This document shows, one piece after another, positions 37,621-47,365 of a stretch of DNA of 64,000 nucleotides; within the stretch, counting starts at the first letter, position 1; every line of letters begins with the position of its first letter. Below the pieces are notes generated by a model. It was not told where the DNA came from. It saw only the letters and a program-made list of their open reading frames with translations, and ran no database searches. The position numbers were made by a program, and so were the translations under genes. The DNA comes from an uncultured Myxococcales bacterium (GTDB lineage Bacteria; Myxococcota_A; Polyangia; Haliangiales; Haliangiaceae). The stretch spans positions 64,001-128,000 of the forward strand of contig CALOFI010000005.1 in NCBI GenBank assembly GCA_942492525.1, written 5' to 3'.

Positions 37621-39002
37621 GCACCCGAGCGCCCGTGGTCGTGATCGACGTGGTCGGCATGACGCCGGACCTGTTGCCGTACATGCCAAAGCTGGCGGCG
37701 CTGGGCCGCGACGGCTTCACCGCGCCGCTCGGCACGGTGCTGCCCGCCGTCACGTGCTCGGCGCAGTCGACGCTGCTGACCGGCGCGCTGCCGCGCGAGC
37801 ACGGCGTCGTCGGCAACGGCTGGTTCTTCCGCGAGCTGTCGGAGATCTGGCTGTGGCGGCAGTCGAACGCGCTGGTCGGCGGCGACAAGCTGTGGGACGC
37901 GGCGCGCCGGGTGCTGGGCACCGACGTCAAGGTCGCCAACCTGTTCTGGTGGTACGCGATGGGCGCGGCGACCGACGTCATCGTCACGCCGCGCCCGGTC
38001 TACTACGCCGACGGCAAGAAGGCGCCGGGCGTGTACACCCGCCCCGCCGCGCTCGGCCCCGAGCTGGCCAAGTGGCTGGGCGAGTTCCCGCTGTTCCAGT
38101 TCTGGGGCCCGGGCGCCGGGCTGCCGGCGTCGAGCTGGATCGCCGCGGCGGCGAAGCGGGTCTTCGACGAGCAGCGCCCCGAGCTGACGCTGGTCTACCT
38201 GCCGCACCTCGACTACGACCTGCAGCGCCACGGCAGCAAGGGCCCCGAGGCGCGCGCCGCCGCCGCCGCGATCGACGAGGTCGCCGGCGCGCTGGCCGAG
38301 CACGTCCGCGCCGCCGGCGCGACGGTCGTCGTGCTCAGCGAGTACGGCATCACCGACGTGTCGCGCCCGGTCCACGTCAACCGCCGGCTGCGCGAGGCCG
38401 GGCTGCTCGAGGTGGTGTGGAACCCGGCCGGCGAGCTGCTCGACACCTTCGCCTCGCCGGCGTTCGCGGTGGCCGATCACCAGATCGCCCACGTCTACGT
38501 CCGCGATCCGGCGATGCTGCCGCGGGTGAAGGAGGCGCTCGCCGACCTGCCCGGCGTCGCCGAGATCCTCGACGACGACGGCAAGCGCGCCGCCGGGCTG
38601 GATCACCCGCGCGCCGGCGAGCTGGTGCTGATCGCCGAGCCCGACGCCTGGTTCACCTACTACTACTGGCTCGACGATGTCCGGGCGCCGGACTTCGCGC
38701 CCACCGTCGAGATCCATCGCAAGCCCGGCTACGACCCCGCCGAGCTGCTGTTCGCGGGCGGCGGCGCCAAGGCGCGCGCCGGCCTGCGGCTGGCGCAGAA
38801 GGCGCTGGGCTTCCGCTACACGATGGACGTGATCCCGCTCGACGCCTCGGGCGTGAAGGGCTCGCACGGCCGCCTGCCCGCGCGCGACGGCGACGGCCCG
38901 GTGCTGCTGTGCAGCGACGCGCGCTTCGGCCAGGATCGCTTCGCGGCGACCGACGTGAAGGGCCTGGTGCTCGATCTCATGGGCGCCGAGGGCCGCCGGT
39001 AG
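37617..39002 (+). CDS. alkaline-phosphatase-superfamily nucleotide pyrophosphatase/phosphodiesterase (EboF-like)
   Basis: VVVIDVVGMTPDLL, PAVTCSAQSTLLTG (nucleophile Thr/Ser in the metal site), VYLPHLDYDLQRHG, VLSEYG, HVYV; matches the type I phosphodiesterase/NPP layout. 461 aa. Confidence 0.7.
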   Translation: MSTRAPVVVIDVVGMTPDLLPYMPKLAALGRDGFTAPLGTVLPAVTCSAQSTLLTGALPREHGVVGNGWFFRELSEIWLWRQSNALVGGDKLWDAARRVLGTDVKVANLFWWYAMGAATDVIVTPRPVYYADGKKAPGVYTRPAALGPELAKWLGEFPLFQFWGPGAGLPASSWIAAAAKRVFDEQRPELTLVYLPHLDYDLQRHGSKGPEARAAAAAIDEVAGALAEHVRAAGATVVVLSEYGITDVSRPVHVNRRLREAGLLEVVWNPAGELLDTFASPAFAVADHQIAHVYVRDPAMLPRVKEALADLPGVAEILDDDGKRAAGLDHPRAGELVLIAEPDAWFTYYYWLDDVRAPDFAPTVEIHRKPGYDPAELLFAGGGAKARAGLRLAQKALGFRYTMDVIPLDASGVKGSHGRLPARDGDGPVLLCSDARFGQDRFAATDVKGLVLDLMGAEGRR

Positions 39003-39019
39003 CGGCGCGATCCGCGCGC

Positions 39020-39793
39020 CTACTCGTCCTCGGGCTCGGCGGGCTCCGCGGCCGGCTCGGCGGCGAGCAGGCGGTGCAGGAACTGCTCGCGGTGGCCGAG
39101 GAAGTCGCGACTCAGCCGGACCAGCTCGGTGTCGTCGTACGCCACGGCAGCGATGCCGGTGTCGTCGAGCTGGTAGATGAGCGCGTCCGGATACGCCAGC
39201 ACCAGCGGCGCGTGGGTCGCGATGATCAGCTGCGAGCCCTGCTGCACCAGCTGGTGGATGTGCACCAGCAACGACAGCTGCCGGGCCGGCGACAGCGCGG
39301 CCTCGGGCTCGTCGAGGATGTACAGGCCGCCCGGGCCGAAGCGATGGTTCAGCAGCGCCAGGAAGGCTTCGCCGTGCGACTGCTCGTGCAGCGAGCGGTC
39401 GCCATAGCCGCCGACGCCGAGCCGCTCGATCTCGGTCGCGACGTTGAAGAAGCTCTCGGCGCGCAGGAAGTACCCGGTGCGCGGCCGGCGGGTGCGCGCG
39501 ACCCGCAGGTGCTTGTGCAAGGGCGACTCCGACGACCGGGTCTCGAAGCGGAAGTTGCCGCTGCCACCCTCGGGATTGAAGCCGCACACGATCGCGAGCG
39601 CCTCGAGGATCGTCGACTTGCCCGACCCATTCTCGCCGACGAAGTACGTGACCGCGGCCAGCGGCAGCTCGTCGAGCGCGCGCACCGCGGGCAGCGCGAA
39701 CGGGTACGCGTCGAGATCCTCGACCGTGTCGCGCAGCAGGTCGAGGCTGCGCACGAACGGCGGTGGTGTCGGGCGGGCGCGCCGGGCCGGCAT
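39020..39793 (-). CDS. AAA_21-type ATP-binding protein (SMC/RecF-like ABC ATPase without a partner permease)
   Basis: Walker A VGENGSGKSTILEAL, Q-loop/signature region, Walker B LYILDEPEAALSP, His switch IIATHAP; 257 aa. No transmembrane partner adjacent. Confidence 0.65.
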   Translation of the reverse strand: MPARRARPTPPPFVRSLDLLRDTVEDLDAYPFALPAVRALDELPLAAVTYFVGENGSGKSTILEALAIVCGFNPEGGSGNFRFETRSSESPLHKHLRVARTRRPRTGYFLRAESFFNVATEIERLGVGGYGDRSLHEQSHGEAFLALLNHRFGPGGLYILDEPEAALSPARQLSLLVHIHQLVQQGSQLIIATHAPLVLAYPDALIYQLDDTGIAAVAYDDTELVRLSRDFLGHREQFLHRLLAAEPAAEPAEPEDE

Positions 39794-39850
39794 GGCCCGA
39801 CCGTCTCACGGCGGCCGCGCACGGTGCGACATCGCGGGGCGCGCGCGGCG

Positions 39851-40237
39851 TCAGCGCGCGCCGCGGTCGAAGTCGGCCTGCGCCGCGCGGCAGGCCCGGG
39901 TCCGCCTCATGCCCAGCAGGCCGGACTGCACGAAGCCGGCGGTGCCGGCGATGAGGAACACGGCGCCCACCATGATCGTGCCGTTGAGGTGCCCGGTCCC
40001 CTCGATCGTGTTGCCCTCCGAGTCGTCGGTCGCGGCGCCGACCACGACCAGCGTCAGCCCCGCGACCGCCGCGGCGGCGGCGCCGAGGAAGTCGTGCTTG
40101 ATCGCCGGCGTCTCGGCGGTGCACGCCGGCCGCGTCGCCCACGGCCGCGGCGGCGCCGGCGTCACCGTGAGAAACGAGCAGCCGCTGGTCACGAGCGCGA
40201 GCACCACCACCAGCGAGCCTCGACCGCGCATCATGCG
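39851..40237 (-). CDS. small lipoprotein/membrane protein, function unknown
   Basis: MMRGRGSLVVVLALVTSGC lipobox, then a second hydrophobic stretch (AAAAVAGLTLVVVGAATDD, IMVGAVFLIAGTAGFV); 128 aa. Confidence 0.4.
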   Translation of the reverse strand, partial: RMMRGRGSLVVVLALVTSGCSFLTVTPAPPRPWATRPACTAETPAIKHDFLGAAAAAVAGLTLVVVGAATDDSEGNTIEGTGHLNGTIMVGAVFLIAGTAGFVQSGLLGMRRTRACRAAQADFDRGAR

Positions 40238-40363
40238 ACCATCATAGGATTGCGCCGGGCGCGGATCGACACCCATGCCGGGTAGTTCCCCGTGAGGCCG
40301 CGCGGGCCGCCGGCCGCGACCCCTGCCCCCGGGGGCGCAGGTTCGTCGTCGCAGATGCGGACG

Positions 40364-41200
40364 CTACGGCGCGGTCAGGAACTCGAAGGCGCGGCGCGCG
40401 ACGCGGACGGCGTCGTGGCTGTGGCGCGACAGCTCGAGCGTCGCCGGGCCGGCGTAGCCGACCTCGGTGAGCACGCGCATCACGGCGCGGACGTCGAGAT
40501 CGCCTTCCCACGGCACCAGGTGATCGTGGACGGGCTTGCGCATGCCCTCGACCTGGACGTTGACGATCGCGTCGGCCCAGGCGCGCACCGTGGCCTCGGC
40601 GCCGTCGGGCTCGGTGATGTGGGCGTGGCCGACGTCGAGCGTGAGCAGGAAGGCGGGGTCGTCGACCAGCGCGCGGACGCGGGCGAAGCCGGCCATGTCC
40701 TCGAGGTACATGCCCGGCTCGGGCTCGAAGCCGATGACCACGCCGGCGGCGCGGGCGTGGACGCAGACCGCGCGCAGGCCGTCGGCGAGGCGGGCGTCGA
40801 GCGCGGCGGCGGTGGCGTCGTCGCCCTCGTCAGGCGAGCCCGACCACAAGGACACCACCGACGCGCCGACCGCGGCGGCGGCATCGACGGCCTGGCCGAG
40901 GAAGGCGACGCGGGCGGCGCGCTCGGCCGGATCGCGCGACAGCAGCGTCGGCTTGTGCTTGCGCCGGGCGTCGAGCAGGAAGCGCGCGCCGGTCTCGATC
41001 ACCGGCTGCAGGTCGAGGTCGCGACACACAGCGGCGACCTCGCGCAGCTCGGCGGCGTGACCGGGCGCGAATGGATCGAGGTGGTGGACGTCGAGGGTGA
41101 CGCCCACCGAGCGATAGCCGAGCTCGGCGATCACCGCGAGGGCGTCGAGCAACCGGTGGTGCGCGAAGCCGTTGGTGTTGTAGCCGAGCCGCATGGTCAC
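40364..41200 (-). CDS. second xylose-isomerase-like TIM-barrel protein (sugar-phosphate isomerase/epimerase)
   Basis: MRLGYNTNGFAHHRL..., VIGFEPEPGM, LTLDVGHAHI, HLVPWEGDLD: the same fold signature as the 36493 gene but a distinct paralogue. 278 aa. Confidence 0.7.
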   Translation of the reverse strand: MTMRLGYNTNGFAHHRLLDALAVIAELGYRSVGVTLDVHHLDPFAPGHAAELREVAAVCRDLDLQPVIETGARFLLDARRKHKPTLLSRDPAERAARVAFLGQAVDAAAAVGASVVSLWSGSPDEGDDATAAALDARLADGLRAVCVHARAAGVVIGFEPEPGMYLEDMAGFARVRALVDDPAFLLTLDVGHAHITEPDGAEATVRAWADAIVNVQVEGMRKPVHDHLVPWEGDLDVRAVMRVLTEVGYAGPATLELSRHSHDAVRVARRAFEFLTAP

Positions 41201-41257
41201 GCCGTCTCCTCGCAGGCGCGCGCCGGCAGCGACGCGAGCGGGCCTTCCCGCGACGCG

Positions 41258-41434
41258 CCCTTCGACTCCGGGCTCGCTTCGCTCGCCCTGCGCTCAGGGT
41301 GAGCGGAGCTGGTGGTGTGGCTGCGACGAGAGGGTTCATCAGCAAGAGTCGAGCTGCAGACTGCGGGCGCGATCTCGATCACGGTCCGCTCACCCTGAGC
41401 GCAGGGCGAGCGAAGCGAGCCCGGAGTCGAAGGG
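41258..41434. repeat. perfect 49-bp inverted repeat (arms 41258-41306 and 41386-41434) separated by a 79-bp spacer; MITE/REP-like or long-hairpin RNA element
   Basis: Arm 1 cccttcgactccgggctcgcttcgctcgccctgcgctcagggtgagcgg; arm 2 is its exact reverse complement. A partial third copy of the inner motif (ggggtgagcg..gggggttcatcgcgac) lies about 41521-41567; the spacer contains gagggttcatcagc. Confidence 0.8.
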
Positions 41435-41584
41435 CGGGTTGCACACTGTCGGCCTGGAGGATGGTGTTCTCGGCGCCGGGCCTCGGCTCGCCCCGAGGCT
41501 GACCGTCGATGGAGCTCGCGCCGCTCGGGGTGAGCGTCGTCGCCACAGCGGGGGTTCATCGCGACGACCATCCCGGCTCCGCCG

Positions 41585-42475
41585 CTACGTCGGCGAGAAG
41601 AACTGCTTGAGGATCAAGGCCGGCACGATCAGCGCGGCGACCGAGACCGCCCAGAACGGGCAGCCGGCGGACGCGACGATCGCGGCGTCGATGATCGGGA
41701 TCAGGACGATTCCGCCGCCGATGGCGCGACCGGTGGACGGGCCGTCGTGGCGGTGCCAGACCGGCGCCCAGTTGCGCCAGCCCAGCGCGACCGCGAGCCC
41801 GACCCACGGCCAGGCCCACGCGCTGCGCGGCAGGCACGGGCACGCGAGCAGCGCGACCAGCACCGCGCCGGCGAGCAGGGCCAGGAAGGTCAGGCCGGTG
41901 CGCGCGCGCCGCGTGGTGTTGCCGTCGACCTCGTCGCGCGCGATGTACGTCAGGCCGGTGACGTAGAGCGCGAGCACGATGGGGCCGGCCAGCGCGATGT
42001 GCGGCCAGGCGACGTCGAGCGACAGCCCGGTGGAGATCGCCAGCGCGACGTCGAGGCCGCGGCAGCTGCCCATCACCAGCGGACCGAGCTTGGTCTTCTT
42101 GAGACCGCCATCGTAGAGGAGGATGCAGCCCGCGAGCACCGCCGCGACGATGCCGGGCGCGCGACCGATCCACGCCGCGATGGCCACGCCGCCGATCATG
42201 AGCGCCGCGCCGAGCAGCGCCGCGAAGCGCACCGAGATCTCGCCGCTGGGGATGGGCCGGGTGGGCCGCTCGACCGCGTCGATGTCGCGATCGAAGACGT
42301 CGTTGAGCACGATGCCCGACAGGTAGAGCAGGCCGGAGGCCAGGATCACCGCGCAGGCGCGATCCGGGACGGCGAGCCCGAGGCCGCGCAGCACCAGCAG
42401 GCCGGCGATCGCGTCGGCGAACGAGGTGAAGACGTTCGGCGGCCGGATCAGCCGCAGCAGCGCGCCGACGTTCAC
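41585..42475 (-). CDS. UbiA-family aromatic/polyprenyl prenyltransferase (EboC-like)
   Basis: GTG 42475 overlaps the upstream stop (GTGA). First Asp-rich motif NDVFDRDIDAVERPTRPIPSG and second DEVDG-type motif (YIARDEVDGN), about 8 TM helices. 296 aa. Confidence 0.75.
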   Translation of the reverse strand: MNVGALLRLIRPPNVFTSFADAIAGLLVLRGLGLAVPDRACAVILASGLLYLSGIVLNDVFDRDIDAVERPTRPIPSGEISVRFAALLGAALMIGGVAIAAWIGRAPGIVAAVLAGCILLYDGGLKKTKLGPLVMGSCRGLDVALAISTGLSLDVAWPHIALAGPIVLALYVTGLTYIARDEVDGNTTRRARTGLTFLALLAGAVLVALLACPCLPRSAWAWPWVGLAVALGWRNWAPVWHRHDGPSTGRAIGGGIVLIPIIDAAIVASAGCPFWAVSVAALIVPALILKQFFSPT

Positions 42476-43665
42476 GCGGCGTCTCCGTCGGCGGCGTGGT
42501 CGGCCACATCGGCGGCGTCGGCCAACACCAGCTCGGGCAGCAGGTGGGCGAGCAGCGCCAGCCACTGCCGATCGAGGCGGTGCTCGCTGGTGCCCATGGG
42601 GTTCTTGAAGAACAGCGCCAGGTGGGCGAGCACGCCGCGCTCGCCGCGCCGCGCCGCCAGCTCGACCAGGCGGATGAGATCGATGCAGAGGGGCGCCGCC
42701 AGCGCGGTGTCGCTGCCGCGCCAGGTCAGCTCCAGCGTCATCTGCGCGCCGCCGAAGCCCTCGAAGACGATGCGATCCCAGGCGACCTTCCAGTCGCCGT
42801 AGCTGGGGACGTAGTCGATGCCGACCCGGCTCTCGGGCGCGTAGCCCAGGATGGCCGCGAGCGGCGCGGCCTTGCTGCGCTGCTTGCTGGCGCGCTTGGC
42901 CGGATCGTCGAGCGCGCGGCCGTCTTCGTTGCCGAGGATGTTGTGGCTGACCCAGCTCTGCACGCGCAGCCGGCGGATCGCGAACATCGGCGCGAGCACC
43001 GTCTTGACCAGGGTCTGGCCGGTCTTGCCGTCGGCGCCGGTGTGGACCGCGCCACGCGCCAGCGCCAGCGCGTGCAGCGCGGGCAGGTCGCTGCCGGTCG
43101 ACGGCGTGAAGTTGACGTACGCCAGGCCGAGGTCGAGCGCCGCCGCCGCGTAGATGGTGCTGGCCGGCAGCCGACGCCCGGCGCGCAGCGCGGCGAACAG
43201 CGCGTCCGGCGTGGCCGGCGGCTCGTCGTCGCCCAGGCCCGCCTCGGTCGAGGCGACGTTGAGCACGACCACGCGCTGCAGCTGGTTGCGAGCGCGGAAC
43301 TCGGCCAGCTCACCGCGCACCCGCTCGAGGTCGGCCCAGCCGCCGTCGTCGACGACGCCGGCGCGGACCTCGGCCTGCGCGGCGTCGATCGCGGCGCGCA
43401 CCGCGGGCGCGTCGATCACCGCCGCGGGCAGCACGCCCTCGGCGACCAGCGCACGCGCGCCGTCGAGCAGCGAGCGCGCGCGCACGTCGTGGCCGCCGAA
43501 GACCGCGTCGCCGAACTCGACCAGCGGCAGGCCGGCCAGCGGCTCGCCCGCGGTGACGAGGCCGGTCGGCGGCAACAGGTCGGCGCGCAGCGCCGCCCAC
43601 CCGGCAAGCGTGCACACACCGACATGGCCGGCGGCGCCGACGATCCAGACCCCGAGGGACGACAT
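42472..43665 (-). CDS. myo-inositol-1-phosphate-synthase-family NAD-dependent sugar-phosphate cyclase (occupies the cyclase slot of the ebo-like cluster)
   Basis: N-terminal Rossmann GVWIVGAAGHVG; MIPS-family blocks (..NVASTEAG.., ..VNFTPS.., LGYAPESRVGIDYVPSYGDWKVAWDRIVFEGFGGAQMTLELTWRGSDTALAAPLCIDLIRL). 397 aa. Confidence 0.6.
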   Translation of the reverse strand: MSSLGVWIVGAAGHVGVCTLAGWAALRADLLPPTGLVTAGEPLAGLPLVEFGDAVFGGHDVRARSLLDGARALVAEGVLPAAVIDAPAVRAAIDAAQAEVRAGVVDDGGWADLERVRGELAEFRARNQLQRVVVLNVASTEAGLGDDEPPATPDALFAALRAGRRLPASTIYAAAALDLGLAYVNFTPSTGSDLPALHALALARGAVHTGADGKTGQTLVKTVLAPMFAIRRLRVQSWVSHNILGNEDGRALDDPAKRASKQRSKAAPLAAILGYAPESRVGIDYVPSYGDWKVAWDRIVFEGFGGAQMTLELTWRGSDTALAAPLCIDLIRLVELAARRGERGVLAHLALFFKNPMGTSEHRLDRQWLALLAHLLPELVLADAADVADHAADGDAA

Positions 43666-43713
43666 GACGGCGGACGATATCTCGTCTCCACTCCCGGTGG
43701 TAGGGTGGGCGCC

Positions 43714-44805
43714 GTGCGTCTGCTCGTCGCGCTCTCGGTGCTGCTGACCGCGCCCGCGCTGGCGCGCGCCGACGGCGCGGTCGAGGTGCCACGGACCGGC
43801 GGCCCGACGCCGACCGTCCTGTACCTGGACCGCTGTCCACCGGGCTGCACGATCACCACGGGCGCTACCGACGACGCGCGCACGGACACCTCGTCGGCGG
43901 TTCCGATCGGGGGAACTCTGAGCCCGCTGCCGCGACTCGACCTGGCGTGGGCGTCGCTGGTGCTGTGCCTGGGCGAGACGTTCGGGCCGTACGGCATCGA
44001 GCTCGCCACCGAGGAGCCCGGCCCCGACGTCGAGTACGTCGAGGTCAAGATCAGCGGCTTCCCCGAGGAGCTCGGCCTGCCGACGGGCACCCGCGGGCTG
44101 GCGCCGCGCGCCGACGACTGCACGCCGGTGCGCCGCGGCCTGGCGTTCGTCTTCGGCAACCTCTGGGATCTGAACGACATCGTCGACGCGCCGGTCGAGC
44201 TGTGCGGCCACGTGGCGCATCAGGTCGGTCACCTGCTCGGGCTCGACGACGCGCGGCAGTGCCGCGATCCGATGGTGGCCGGCGACGCCTGCACGCCGCG
44301 CCGGTTCGTCGATCAGGACGTGCCGTGCGGCGACGGCGCCGGCGCGCGCGCCTGCGCCTGCGGCGGCGCGACCCAGAACGGCCACGCCGTGCTGCGCGAC
44401 CGCTTCGGCGCGGGCGGCCTGCTGCCGCCGCCGCACGTCGAGATCGTGACGCCGACCGCGGGCGCGGACGTGGAGGACGAGGTCGCGATCGCGCTGGCGC
44501 TGGGCGTCGGCCGCCGGATCGCGCGGCTCGAGCTGTGGGTCGACGGCGCGCTCGACAGCGAGGTCGCCGCGCCCGCGACCATCGCGCCCACGTTGAGGTG
44601 GACGCACGGCAGCGCCGGCGAGCACGTGATCGAGGCGCGCGCGTTCGACGATCTCGACCGCATGGGTGGCGACGCGATCACCGTGCGCTGGCGCGACGGC
44701 GGGCTGTGCGCCGCCGCGGGCGGCGCCTCGCCGGCGACGCTGGCGCCGGTGCTGCTCGCGCTCGCGCTGGGCGCCCGGCGTCGCCGCGCCCGCGGGCGCC
44801 GATGA
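43714..44805 (+). CDS. secreted metalloprotease-like protein with MYXO-CTERM sorting tag
   Basis: GTG 43714; signal [19 protein letters not shown]; Zn-site-like [14 protein letters not shown]; several Cys pairs; C-terminus [35 protein letters not shown] (MYXO-CTERM architecture). Stop overlaps the Sir2 start. Confidence 0.5.
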   Translation: MRLLVALSVLLTAPALARADGAVEVPRTGGPTPTVLYLDRCPPGCTITTGATDDARTDTSSAVPIGGTLSPLPRLDLAWASLVLCLGETFGPYGIELATEEPGPDVEYVEVKISGFPEELGLPTGTRGLAPRADDCTPVRRGLAFVFGNLWDLNDIVDAPVELCGHVAHQVGHLLGLDDARQCRDPMVAGDACTPRRFVDQDVPCGDGAGARACACGGATQNGHAVLRDRFGAGGLLPPPHVEIVTPTAGADVEDEVAIALALGVGRRIARLELWVDGALDSEVAAPATIAPTLRWTHGSAGEHVIEARAFDDLDRMGGDAITVRWRDGGLCAAAGGASPATLAPVLLALALGARRRRARGRR

Positions 44806-45641
44806 GCGCGGCCGACGTCGCGGCGCTGGGCCGGCTGCTCGACGGCCGGCGCGTCGTCGCGCTCACCGGCGCCGGCTGCTCGACCGAGTCGGGCATCCCC
44901 GACTACCGCGGCCCGGGACGACCGCCGCGGCGACCGCCCATCCAGTACCGCGAGTTCGTCACCAGCGACGCCGGACGACGCCGCTACTGGGCGCGGGCCG
45001 CGCTGGGCTGGGCGACGATCCGCGACGCCCGCCCCAACCCCGCCCACCACGCGCTGGTCGCGCTCGAGACGCGCGGCGCGCTGGCCGGCGTGATCACCCA
45101 GAACGTCGACGGCCTGCACCACCTCGCCGGTAGCCGGCAGGTGGTCGAGCTGCACGGCGCGCTCGCGCAGGTCCGGTGCCTGGCGTGCGAGGCGCGCACG
45201 CCGCGGGCCGCGCTGCAGGCGCGCCTCGCCGACGCCAACGCGGCCTGGCTCGCGCGCGCGGCGGCCGCGCGCGCCGCCGTCGTCGCCGACGGTGACGCCG
45301 CCCTGCCCGACGAGCTGGTCGCCGACTTCACCGTGGTCGCGTGCGCCGCCTGCGACGGCGTGTTGAAGCCCGACGTGGTCTTCTTCGGCGAGCACGTGCC
45401 GGTCGCGACCGTGACCGCCGCGTGGGCGCTGTTCGACGCCGCCGAGGCGCTGCTGGTGGTGGGCTCGTCGCTCGCGGTCTTCTCGGGCTATCGCTTCGTG
45501 CTGCGCGCGGCCGAGCGCGGCGTGCCGATCGCCATCCTCAACCAGGGCCCCACCCGCGGCGACGCGGTCGCGGCGCTGCGCATCGACGCGCGCGCCGGCG
45601 AGGTCTTGCCCGCGCTCGCCGCGCGGCTGGGCCAGGCCTGA
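44802..45641 (+). CDS. Sir2-family NAD-dependent protein deacylase (sirtuin, class III/U-like)
   Basis: [26 protein letters not shown], Zn ribbon CLACEAR...[18 protein letters not shown]; 279 aa. Confidence 0.85.
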   Translation: MSAADVAALGRLLDGRRVVALTGAGCSTESGIPDYRGPGRPPRRPPIQYREFVTSDAGRRRYWARAALGWATIRDARPNPAHHALVALETRGALAGVITQNVDGLHHLAGSRQVVELHGALAQVRCLACEARTPRAALQARLADANAAWLARAAAARAAVVADGDAALPDELVADFTVVACAACDGVLKPDVVFFGEHVPVATVTAAWALFDAAEALLVVGSSLAVFSGYRFVLRAAERGVPIAILNQGPTRGDAVAALRIDARAGEVLPALAARLGQA

Positions 45642-45707
45642 ACCGCCGCCACCGGGCCGGCCGCGCCGCACGCGCGGTGCGCCCGGCGTCGGCGCTATAC
45701 TGCGGGC

Positions 45708-47285
45708 TTGCCGTCACCGTCGACCACCGGGGGGTCGCGATCGTCGAAGCCCACCACGGCGGCGACCCACGATCAGATCGCGCGGCACCAGAGCGCCGCG
45801 GACGTGCTGCGCGCGCGCAGCGTGCTCGCGGTGGCGTGCGTGCTGTGGCTGATCGTCGGCGTCGCGTGCGACCTGGCGTTCCACGACGTCATCGGGCGCG
45901 GCTCGCTGGGGTTCGTCCTGGGCATGCGCCTGGCGACCACCGGCTTCCACGTGCTCGTGCTGATCGTCCTGTTCCGCCACCCGCTGCCGCCGCCGTCGAT
46001 CACCCGGCCGCTGGTGGCGATGGTCTTCCCGCTCTCGGCGCTGATGCTCACGATCATCGCCACCCGGATGGGCGGCATCGCGTCGCCGTACGTCACCGGG
46101 CACTTCGTGATCCTCAGCGTCCAGGGCGTGGCCATCGCCGACCGCTGGCAGCGCGGCGCGCCGCTCGCCGCGGCCACCAGCCTGATGTTCCCGGTCGGCC
46201 TGCTGCTCGCGGCCGCCGGCGACGAGCACCTGCGCGCGCAGCTGACCCGCAGCGGCCCGCTCGCCACCTTCATCATCTTCACCGGCGTGCTGCTGGCCGC
46301 GGCGATCGTCGTCGCGTGGGGCAGCCACGTCATGTGGTCGCTGCGGCAGAGCGTGTTCGAGAGCCGCTCGATCGGCCGCTACAAGCTGCAGCGCCGGATC
46401 GGCAAGGGCGGCATGGGCGAGGTCTGGCAGGCCCACGATCGCGCCACCCGGCGCAAGGTCGCGCTGAAGATCCTCAGCCCCGAGCACGGCCGCAGCCCGG
46501 CGGCGATCGCGCGCTTCGAGCGCGAGATCCAGGCCACGTCGGAGCTGATCCACCCCTCGACGATCCGCATCTACGACTGGGGCGTCACCGACGACGGCGT
46601 CTGGTACTACGCGATGGAGCTGCTCGAGGGCGCCGGCCTCGACGTGCTGGTCCGGCGCGCCGGGCCGCTGCCGCCGGCGCTGGTCGTCCACCTCGGCATC
46701 GGCGCCGCGCGCGCGATCGCCGAGGCGCACGGGCGCGGCATCATCCACCGCGATCTCAAGCCGGCGAACCTGTTCGTCGTGTCGCTGGCCGGCGAGGCCG
46801 ACTTCCTCAAGGTGCTCGACTTCGGCGTCGCCCGGGTCGGCGCCGAGGACGCGTCGATCACCCAGGCCGGCGCGGTGATCGGCACGCCCGCGTTCATGCC
46901 GCCCGAGGTGCTCGCCGGCGCGCCGTGGTCAGAGGCCGGCGACGTCTGGGCGCTGGCGGCGTCGCTGTACTTCGCGCTGACCGGCAAGACCCCGCGCGAG
47001 GCCGGCGCGCCGCCGCCGCCGCCGTCGGCGAGCGTCGCGGTGCCGCGCGAGCTGGACGACGCGCTTGTCCGCGCGCTCGACGACGACCCGGCGCGCCGGC
47101 CGCAGACCGGCGCCGAGCTGGCGGCCGCGCTGGTCGCCGCCCAGGCGGGCGCGTACGCCGGCGGCTTCCGGCTCGACGCCGGCGTCGACCCCGGCGTCGA
47201 CGTCGCGCTCGAGCACACCCTCGACGCCGAGCAGCCGCACACCGTCGCCGAGGCGCCGGTGGCCCGCGGCCGCCGCACCCGCTGA
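45708..47285 (+). CDS. membrane-anchored Ser/Thr protein kinase (N-terminal 6-7 TM sensor-like domain plus Hanks-type kinase)
   Basis: TM helices in residues about 40-230. Kinase subdomains [12 protein letters not shown] (Gly loop), [14 protein letters not shown] (catalytic loop), [12 protein letters not shown]. Confidence 0.75.
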   Translation: MPSPSTTGGSRSSKPTTAATHDQIARHQSAADVLRARSVLAVACVLWLIVGVACDLAFHDVIGRGSLGFVLGMRLATTGFHVLVLIVLFRHPLPPPSITRPLVAMVFPLSALMLTIIATRMGGIASPYVTGHFVILSVQGVAIADRWQRGAPLAAATSLMFPVGLLLAAAGDEHLRAQLTRSGPLATFIIFTGVLLAAAIVVAWGSHVMWSLRQSVFESRSIGRYKLQRRIGKGGMGEVWQAHDRATRRKVALKILSPEHGRSPAAIARFEREIQATSELIHPSTIRIYDWGVTDDGVWYYAMELLEGAGLDVLVRRAGPLPPALVVHLGIGAARAIAEAHGRGIIHRDLKPANLFVVSLAGEADFLKVLDFGVARVGAEDASITQAGAVIGTPAFMPPEVLAGAPWSEAGDVWALAASLYFALTGKTPREAGAPPPPPSASVAVPRELDDALVRALDDDPARRPQTGAELAAALVAAQAGAYAGGFRLDAGVDPGVDVALEHTLDAEQPHTVAEAPVARGRRTR

Positions 47286-47365
47286 TCCGACCGCGATCGT
47301 CCTCGGTGCGTCGGGCGGCCACGGTGGGCTTGCGCGGGCGCGGCCAACCGTCCTAGGGTGCGCGC

